NCBI GenBank assembly: GCA_910578215.1
Contig: CAJTPH010000023.1
Location: forward strand, 2,953 to 66,952
Source: an uncultured Acetatifactor sp.
Lineage (GTDB): Bacteria; Bacillota; Clostridia; Lachnospirales; Lachnospiraceae
Direction: 5' to 3'
Length of the DNA stretch: 64,000 nt
Below, one piece after another: positions 57,392 through 64,000 of the stretch. The position numbers and the translations under genes were made by a program. The notes under the pieces were generated by a model. That model saw only the letters and a program-made list of their open reading frames with translations, did not search any database and had not been told where the DNA came from. The stretch's first letter is position 1. Each line of letters begins with the position of its first letter.

Positions 57392-60193
57392 TCAGCCCAC
57401 CGCCTTTACCTCGTAGCCCGCATCGGCAACCGCCGCTGTCAGCGCCTCGTCGGACACCTCCTCCGCAAGCTCCACCGTCGCCGTCTTTTCCTCCAGGCTC
57501 ATGGAAACCGCACTGACGCCCTTTACCGCCTCCAACGCCTTCTGCACCCTTCCGGTGCAGTGCCCGCACATCATTCCCTCAATGGTCAATACCTTTTTCA
57601 TAATCTCTTTCCTTTCCGCGCCGGTCCTGGCCGCGCTGTCCAAATTTTCCGTTTCCGGCAGGGTATCAGCCTCCTTTGCCGGCTGCGCCTCTGCCCCGGC
57701 AGCCCTTTTCATGCTGCCAAAACCGCTCTTAAAGCCTCTGAGCCTCAGTGCGTTGCCCACCACAAATATACTGCTCAGACTCATTGCCGCGGCTCCGAAC
57801 ATGGGATTTAACTTTATCTGAAATAAAGGATACCACACTCCGGCTGCCAATGGAATACCTATTGCATTATAAAAAAATGCCCAGAACAGATTTTGTTTAA
57901 TATTACGGATAACCGCGCGGCTCAGGGACACCGCCGTCACCGCATCCCGCAGGTCGCTTTTCATCAGTACGATATCCGCGCTCTCCATCGCCACGTCCGT
58001 CCCGGCTCCGATCGCCATTCCCACATCCGCAGCCGCAAGCGCCGGCGCGTCGTTTATGCCGTCCCCGATCATCGCCACCTTATGCCCTGCCCTCTTGAGC
58101 TGGCTGATCTTCTTCTCCTTCTCCTGGGGAAGAACCTCGGCGATCACCTCCTCGATGCCCAGGCCCCTGCGGACCGCCTCCGCCGTACGCCGGTTGTCAC
58201 CGGTGAGCATTACCACATGGATTCCCATTTCCTTAAATTTCCGGATGGCCTCCCTGGAGGTCGGCTTCACCTCGTCCGCCACATCCACCATCCCCAGAAG
58301 CCTTCTCTCATCCGCAATCAAAAGCGGTGTCATACCCTCGTCCGCCGTCATCTCCAGACCCTTCAGCACCTCCGGCAAAAGCTCGATGCCGTTTTCTTCC
58401 ATATATGCGCGGTTTCCCACAAAATACCGGGCTCCCGCCCTTGCTCCCGCATCTTTGGCCGCAAACTCCGCCGCGGCTTCTCCCGCCTCTGTCCTGCCCG
58501 CCACAAAGACCGCAGTGGGGCCGTCCGTACCGGAATCCATGGTTCGCGGCGGAATATCCTCCGCAAGGACTCCCTCCACACCCCTGCCAAACACCGCTTT
58601 AAAATCTCTGACCTCCGGAATCCGCAGCCTTTTCTTCTCTGCATACTCCACGATTGCCTCTGCAAGGGGATGCTCGCTCTTTTTCTCCAGAGCGGCGCCG
58701 ATCTGCATTAAAGTCTCCAGGGACATATCCTGTACATAACAGCCCATCCCCATAACCTTAAGCCTTCCTGACGTGATGGTGCCTGTTTTGTCCATCACCA
58801 CCGTATCTATCTCCTTGGCCTGCTGCAGGGCCTCGCCCGACTTTATAAGAATGCCGTGGTTTGCGCCCACACCGGTTCCCACCATAATTGCCACCGGAGT
58901 CGCAAGCCCCAGGGCGCAGGGGCAGGAAATCACAAGCACGGCTATGGCGGAGGAAATTGCGAACTCCGCCCCTGCCCCCAGAAACAGCCAAACCAGAAGC
59001 GTTACCAGCGCGATTCCCATAACCACCGGCACAAACACCCCTGCCACCTTGTCCGCAAGCTGCGCGATAGGCGCCTTGCTGGAGCTCGCCTCCTCCACCA
59101 GGCGTATGATCTGGGATAAGGTGGTATCCTCTCCCACCCTGTCGGCGCGGCACTTCAAAAAGCCCGCCTTGTTCACCGTGGCCGACACCACCCTGTTCCC
59201 CGCCTGCTTTTCCACAGGAACACTCTCCCCTGTGATCGCCGCCTCGTCCACGCTGGAATTTCCCTCCAGCACCGTGCCGTCCACAGGCACGAGGCTGCCG
59301 GGCTTTACCAGGAAAATATCTCCCGCCTGAAGCTCCTCGGTGGGGACCTCTTTCTCCTCTCCGTCCCCGGTCAGTATAACGGCCGTCTTGGGAGACAGGT
59401 CCATAAGCTTGGTGATGGCGTCGCTGGTCTTGCCCTTGGAGCGGCTCTCCAGATACTTTCCCACCGTTATCAATGTCAGGATCATCCCTGCCGACTCAAA
59501 ATACAGATCCGCGGAATACCGTTCCACCACCGCCATATCCCCGTGCCCCAGCCCATAGCCGATACGGTACATGGCAAAGACGCCGTAGCCTATGGCGGCG
59601 GAAGCCCCCAGCGCAATCAGACTGTCCATGTTCGGGCTGCGGTGCCACAGGGTCTTAAACCCTACCGCAAAAAATTTACGGTTCATATAAAGAATGGGCA
59701 GAAGCAGTAAAAACTGCGTCATGGCGAAGCTCACTGCGTTCTGGCCGCCGTGCAGATACCTGTGTACAAATTCCGGAATGGGCAGCCCGAACCATTCATT
59801 ATACATGTGATACATTGCCACATACATAAGCGGAATCAGAAATCCCACGGAAATCCCCAGACGAAGACGCATGGCTCCCGCTTCCTCCCTGGCCTTCCGC
59901 TGCAGGTCTTCCCTTCCGTTTGCCCGGGGCCTGCCCGCTGCCCTTACGCCCTCTCCGGACGGCCCGCTGCCCGGCGCCGCTTTGGAAAGCAGCTCCGCCC
60001 CATAGCCCGCCTTTTCCACCGCGGCAATAATATCGCCGCTGCTCAGCCTGCCCTCGTCATAGCTGACCTCCATATTCTCCGCCAGCAGATTCACGGAGGC
60101 CTTCTCTATCCCCTCCAGCCGGCTGACCGCCTTCTCCACATGGGATGAGCATGCCGAACAGGTCATTCCCGTTATGCAATAACGCTCCTTCAT
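57392..60193 (-). CDS. copA: Copper-translocating P1B-type ATPase with N- and C-terminal HMA domains
   Basis: GMTCSAC, TGES, CPC, DKTGT, SEHPL, GDGIND, YN, MSLSS, C-terminal GMMCGHC. Confidence 0.95.
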   Translation of the reverse strand: MKERYCITGMTCSACSSHVEKAVSRLEGIEKASVNLLAENMEVSYDEGRLSSGDIIAAVEKAGYGAELLSKAAPGSGPSGEGVRAAGRPRANGREDLQRKAREEAGAMRLRLGISVGFLIPLMYVAMYHMYNEWFGLPIPEFVHRYLHGGQNAVSFAMTQFLLLLPILYMNRKFFAVGFKTLWHRSPNMDSLIALGASAAIGYGVFAMYRIGYGLGHGDMAVVERYSADLYFESAGMILTLITVGKYLESRSKGKTSDAITKLMDLSPKTAVILTGDGEEKEVPTEELQAGDIFLVKPGSLVPVDGTVLEGNSSVDEAAITGESVPVEKQAGNRVVSATVNKAGFLKCRADRVGEDTTLSQIIRLVEEASSSKAPIAQLADKVAGVFVPVVMGIALVTLLVWLFLGAGAEFAISSAIAVLVISCPCALGLATPVAIMVGTGVGANHGILIKSGEALQQAKEIDTVVMDKTGTITSGRLKVMGMGCYVQDMSLETLMQIGAALEKKSEHPLAEAIVEYAEKKRLRIPEVRDFKAVFGRGVEGVLAEDIPPRTMDSGTDGPTAVFVAGRTEAGEAAAEFAAKDAGARAGARYFVGNRAYMEENGIELLPEVLKGLEMTADEGMTPLLIADERRLLGMVDVADEVKPTSREAIRKFKEMGIHVVMLTGDNRRTAEAVRRGLGIEEVIAEVLPQEKEKKISQLKRAGHKVAMIGDGINDAPALAAADVGMAIGAGTDVAMESADIVLMKSDLRDAVTAVSLSRAVIRNIKQNLFWAFFYNAIGIPLAAGVWYPLFQIKLNPMFGAAAMSLSSIFVVGNALRLRGFKSGFGSMKRAAGAEAQPAKEADTLPETENLDSAARTGAERKEIMKKVLTIEGMMCGHCTGRVQKALEAVKGVSAVSMSLEEKTATVELAEEVSDEALTAAVADAGYEVKAVG

Positions 60194-60209
60194 TTCACAT
60201 ACCTCGTTT

Positions 60210-60542
60210 CTACTTCAGCTTTCTGACTAACTCCACCGTCTCCTCTATGACGGACATATTGCCCTTCTTAAGCTCCTCCGCCACACAGGTCTCCATGTGG
60301 TTGCGCAGCACAATATGCCCAAAGGACTGGAGGGCGCTCTCCACCGCGGCGATCTGATTTAAAATATCCCCGCAGTAACGGTTCTCATCCAGCATTTCCC
60401 CTATGCCGTTCAACTGCCCCACCATACGGCTGATACGGTTTTTCAGCTGCTTAAGCTCCTCCGCCCCCCGGGGCGTCTGTTTCTCGCGTATTCCGCAGGA
60501 ACATCCTTCCAGTCCCTGTTTTTCTGTATTATCTCCGCTCAT
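60210..60542 (-). CDS. csoR: CsoR family copper-sensing repressor
   Basis: NRISRMVGQLNGI..M...RYCGDILNQIAAV...NHMETCV (Cys-His-Cys); start probably ATG 60542. Confidence 0.9.
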   Translation of the reverse strand: MSGDNTEKQGLEGCSCGIREKQTPRGAEELKQLKNRISRMVGQLNGIGEMLDENRYCGDILNQIAAVESALQSFGHIVLRNHMETCVAEELKKGNMSVIEETVELVRKLK

Positions 60543-60678
60543 TTCCTTCCCTATCCTTTTTATTTTTTTGCCCTTCCGCCATGGCCCTTCGCCCTTTTCC
60601 GCCCCAGACTCCATGCCGCCCGGAGCAGTCAAAAACTCCGCGGCCCAAAATGCATCCGCCTCCGGCGGCCGGAAGCAA

Positions 60679-60733
60679 ATACCCCATGGGGGTATCATAA
60701 GCAAAGGATATACCCCCACGGGGTATTTGTCAA
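60679..60733 (-). promoter_or_regulatory. csoR-copA promoter with two CsoR operators
   Basis: ATACCCCATGGGGGTAT (60679-60695) and ATACCCCCACGGGGTAT (60710-60726); minus-strand TTGACA-17 bp-TATCCT straddles the second. Confidence 0.88.
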
Positions 60734-60904
60734 GAGATATAATTATTTCTTAAGAATTATCATTTATTTCCTTTTCAAACCATATTGCCTTGGGCAGCAT
60801 TATAGCCCGGCATGGTTGCATTTTCCAACCGCATGGGCTATAATGCTTACCAGGCTCAAAGCCCCGCCGCAGGCGGTAATCAACTCGCTCTCAAGGAGGC
60901 CCTC

Positions 60905-61963
60905 ATGAAAGGAAAGACAAACGACAACCGCATGGTTCACTATGACCTGCTGCGTATCCTCGCCGCGTTCAGCGTTGTCATTCTTCATATATCCGCCCAA
61001 TTCTGGTACGATTTTGACGTGACGGATTTTCGCTGGCTCACCGCCAATTCCTATGATGCGCTGTTCCGATTCGGTGTTCCCGTTTTCGTGATGATCAGCG
61101 GCGCGCTGTTTTTGCCCGGTCCCGAGAAAACAGACATGAAAAGGCTCTACTGCCACAATATAATGAGACTGCTTGCTATCTTTATCGTATGGTCCTGCCT
61201 GTACGGTCTTCTGGACTGCTATAATTTCGGTTTCCAAAACCTGACCATGTCCAATATATTACAGGAAATGCTCTTTGGAAGATACCATCTATGGTATCTT
61301 CCCCTGCAGATCGGCATCTATATGCTTCTTCCGATCCTCAGAATATGGATACAGAACGCAGACAAAAAAAATATCCGGTATTTCCTGCTCCTGTTTCTGA
61401 TCTTCCAGGTAGGCAGCGAAACTCTTGACGCGCTGTTTGTCCACAAGTCGGTCACCTATGCCGCCTCACTGATCAAGCCCTATATGGTCTGCGGGTATCT
61501 TGGCTATTTTATTTGGGGATATTACATCGCGCATTACGGAATCCAACAGAAATACCACAAATTTATTTATGCCGCAGGCGTTTTATCCCTTGCCTGCAAT
61601 GTGTTTTTCAGCAACCGCATCTCTCTTTGGAAAGGGCAGCCTCTGGGGAAAATTTATGACAGCTTCGGTATTTTCACATTTATGATTTCCACGGCGCTTT
61701 TTCTTTTTTCCACCGCAAGGGTAAGCAGGCACTCCTTTGGCCCTGGGGCAAAAAAGGTGATACGCGAGCTCTCTCTGGACACCCTGGGCGTATATGCGCT
61801 GCATATAGGACTCATTGAAATCCTCACCGCCAGGGGCATACACAGCATGCTGCTGCCCAATATAGTTGGAATTCCACTTTTTTCAATATTCTGTTTTATT
61901 ACGTGCACTCTTGCCGCCGCAATCCTGCGCCGGATTCCCGTAATCGGAAAATATATCTGCTGA
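60905..61963 (+). CDS. Acyltransferase family 3 membrane protein
   Basis: YDLLRILAAFSVVILH, VPVFVMISG, YHLWYL, GVYALH; RBS AAGGAGG before ATG 60905. Confidence 0.9.
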   Translation: MKGKTNDNRMVHYDLLRILAAFSVVILHISAQFWYDFDVTDFRWLTANSYDALFRFGVPVFVMISGALFLPGPEKTDMKRLYCHNIMRLLAIFIVWSCLYGLLDCYNFGFQNLTMSNILQEMLFGRYHLWYLPLQIGIYMLLPILRIWIQNADKKNIRYFLLLFLIFQVGSETLDALFVHKSVTYAASLIKPYMVCGYLGYFIWGYYIAHYGIQQKYHKFIYAAGVLSLACNVFFSNRISLWKGQPLGKIYDSFGIFTFMISTALFLFSTARVSRHSFGPGAKKVIRELSLDTLGVYALHIGLIEILTARGIHSMLLPNIVGIPLFSIFCFITCTLAAAILRRIPVIGKYIC

Positions 61964-61997
61964 GTGCCCGTCCGGACAGGCAAAGTCCCCTGTGCGC

Positions 61998-62038
61998 AAA
62001 AAAAGAACCGCCGGCTTTACTGCCGCGATTCTTTTTTA
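61998..62038. terminator. Possible bidirectional terminator
   Basis: aaaaaagaaccgc...gcgattctttttt between convergent genes. Confidence 0.45.
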
Positions 62039-62253
62039 TCCGCATCCTGTTCCGCGTCCTCCACATACGCGACAATATCGCCCGGCTGGCACTCCAGGAT
62101 TCTGCACAAATGCTCTATTGTCACAAGTGTTACATTTTTGTTGTGCTTCAGCTTGTTTACCGTCCCGCGGCTTACTCCATGCTTTACCACAAGCGCATAG
62201 ATCGTTACCTTCTTTTCTTTCATTGTCTTCCACAAAGGGTCAAACACCATCAT
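62017..62253 (-). CDS. XRE/Cro-C1 HTH regulator (HTH_26-like)
   Basis: FDPLWKTMKEKK...GVSRGTVNKLKHNKNVTLVTIEHLCRILECQPGDIV; RBS before ATG 62253. Confidence 0.88.
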   Translation of the reverse strand: MMVFDPLWKTMKEKKVTIYALVVKHGVSRGTVNKLKHNKNVTLVTIEHLCRILECQPGDIVAYVEDAEQDADKKESRQ

Positions 62254-62467
62254 AAGCAATATTCCTCCTGCTTTATTATATTGCCGCTTTCGTGAGAATA
62301 AAATTCCCACGTTTAAAATAATTGTTATGATATGGATAATTGCCATGTTATAATAAATTATTAAGATTTTAACAATAAAGGGGTAGACAAACCAGACTTC
62401 AAGTGATATAGTGAAGATGAAAAAGTAATAGGAAACGTTGTCAGCTATTCAAAAAGGGGGAACAACT

Positions 62468-62797
62468 ATGCACATTTCTGAATATGCCTCTTGCATTATT
62501 TTTGTCATCATAACACTTCCATGGATGCTTACCTTAGGCATCTGGCGGCTCACATGCCATTTCAGGAAATCATGCAAGTGGACGCGCTGCCCGTACCGCA
62601 ACAGCTACCATAACTCTCCCACGATGAAGGGCTATGAGGAAAAGGGCTGCCCCAAATGCCCTCCCACTCAGGAGGAGATCGAAGCCGACGAAAAAAGATT
62701 TGCCGATCTGATTGCGTTTGTCGACCGGCACGGGGTAGATATCGAATCCGAGCCGTTGGAATCACAGAAAAAACGGAATAAAAAAGGCCGTAAATGA
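62468..62797 (+). CDS. Hypothetical small membrane protein with Cys-rich cytoplasmic part
   Basis: RBS AAGGGGG; N-terminal TM; CHFRKSCKWTRCP...CPKC. Confidence 0.6.
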   Translation: MHISEYASCIIFVIITLPWMLTLGIWRLTCHFRKSCKWTRCPYRNSYHNSPTMKGYEEKGCPKCPPTQEEIEADEKRFADLIAFVDRHGVDIESEPLESQKKRNKKGRK

Positions 62798-62811
62798 GAT
62801 CCTCTTTGTTC

Positions 62812-62851
62812 ATTATGGCGGAAGGCTTGACAATAAGCCCTTCGCCATAAT
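62812..62851. terminator. Long stem-loop between the hypothetical gene and the toxin gene
   Basis: attatggcggaaggctt-gacaat-aagcccttcgccataat. Confidence 0.6.
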
Positions 62852-62914
62852 AAAGCCCTCCAACCGGGCAGGCTGGTTTAAAGGTTTACACAAATCTGAG
62901 GACAGCCCCAGCAG

Positions 62915-63007
62915 TTACTTTTTGGTATGGTTTATGTAAGCCAGCAAAATCGACACTACAATTCCAAGAATCCCCAAAAAAACCATAAGAAGCTCATAGT
63001 CACTCAT
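62915..63007 (-). CDS. Putative holin-like type I toxin peptide, 30 aa (not in ORF track)
   Basis: RBS AAAGGGG; MSDYELLMVFLGILGIVVSILLAYINHTKK*; single TM with MS.YE start and KK end. Confidence 0.7.
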   Translation of the reverse strand: MSDYELLMVFLGILGIVVSILLAYINHTKK

Positions 63008-63084
63008 AAATCCATCCCCCTTTCTTGACCCCATTGTACAATATCCGTAAGCCGCAAAAAAGGGAGCCTTTTCTCATAACACAG

Positions 63085-64000
63085 CTATTTGACAAATCCG
63101 GCCGCAAACCATGGCAGCTCCAGTTCCAACGCTCTTAAAAACAAATTCTTTGCATTTCCAATCCTGAGATACTTTGTATGATACAGCGTTATCGTTTTAT
63201 CTTTGATGTTCTGCTGCAGCTCTAATAAAGCATACCGTTGATTCAAGTGAAATACACTCTCCCTGTTATAATACTCATTCAATTGAATGATTTTTTCCAT
63301 GTCATCAAGAAACCATCGGAAATATCCGTCCTCCTGAAAATCCCTAATCAAACCAAAATCCTGAATATTCAGCTTATAACCGGTAATCTCAAGAAATTCC
63401 CTTTCTCTTTGCTCCTTAATGTCTAAAGTAAAGCCTGTCCCGGGAAATGCAAATTCCACATACATTCCTTCAACAATTGTCTCTATATCCAGAAGGCTGT
63501 CTAAGCCCATTATTTTATCAATCATTCTCTCGAATCTTATTTCCATATCGACCCTTGCATCATACAATGCTAAGTTCCATTCATTGTAATGGAACCAACG
63601 CTTTACCATTGCCATCAATACATAATCAAAGGCTTCGGTTTCTGCGCTCCGCTTATCTGAGGTGTCAAGTTTCGCAAGAATGCTTACTGTTTTATTTCCC
63701 TTATAATTCTTATAGCTGTTTTCGTACTTATACCTGTTTTTTTCTAATTCAAATATTACCTGATACATTGCAATCAGCACCGTCACAGCGCAGTCCTCTC
63801 TACCGAATAAGGTATTAAACCGAAAAACCAGCTCAACAAACTTTTGAATCCTTGGTATATTTTTCACTATCCACTCAGGATTACATTTTTCATCCACCAG
63901 CACAGCCAAAGCAGCCGGATTCTGTAAGATATAATCCGTAATTTTATCAGTCTTTACACAGGCATACCGATAACTGACCTCCTTGTACTTTTCAAAAAAA
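63085..64000 (-). CDS. Hypothetical protein, 5' end beyond the window
   Basis: The frame of the 63085-63909 ORF stays open to position 64000; AT-rich; no motif recognised. Confidence 0.65.
   Translation of the reverse strand, partial: FFEKYKEVSYRYACVKTDKITDYILQNPAALAVLVDEKCNPEWIVKNIPRIQKFVELVFRFNTLFGREDCAVTVLIAMYQVIFELEKNRYKYENSYKNYKGNKTVSILAKLDTSDKRSAETEAFDYVLMAMVKRWFHYNEWNLALYDARVDMEIRFERMIDKIMGLDSLLDIETIVEGMYVEFAFPGTGFTLDIKEQREREFLEITGYKLNIQDFGLIRDFQEDGYFRWFLDDMEKIIQLNEYYNRESVFHLNQRYALLELQQNIKDKTITLYHTKYLRIGNAKNLFLRALELELPWFAAGFVK

Noticed and set aside
1..64000. rRNA, tRNA or IS elements
   Set aside because: None recognised; intergenic gaps are short and no transposase motifs were seen

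Overview
Chromosomal window from a Firmicute, most likely a gut Lachnospiraceae/Clostridia (inferred from gene repertoire and RBS style). Most genes lie on the minus strand. Left to right: a LytTR/AgrC-type two-component pair; a complete YehL/M/P/Q/I-like MoxR-vWA-SWIM-DUF4132 operon with a GH35 beta-galactosidase and a Sel1-repeat gene inserted inside it; and a visibly AT-richer ~10 kb island (about 16.28-26.65 kb). The island carries the best candidate novel system, a RiPP-like cluster: radical SAM/SPASM enzyme, acyl carrier protein, an unannotated 40-aa precursor (MKKKLVKPGQKMIKKVFLYDTKEGGSNTNCFGCQTQSKGK), transglutaminase-like enzyme, two ABC exporters, an S8 peptidase fused to a DUF1611-like domain, and a BtrH/papain-like protein. 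A 5x26-aa repeat protein follows the cluster. Next come an LnrJKLMN-like ABC-2/two-component module and a largely housekeeping stretch (heparinase II/III-like, DUF362, SMI1/KNR4, K+ channel, PPi-PFK, AKR, deacetylase, GT-C, heterodimeric ABC, MCP, ASKHA, GH36, clpB). The right end holds an orphan ZorA/ZorB-like MotA/MotB pair behind csoR-copA, an acyltransferase, an XRE gene and an unannotated 30-aa holin-like type I toxin. All family assignments come from motif recognition by eye; no database searches were run.
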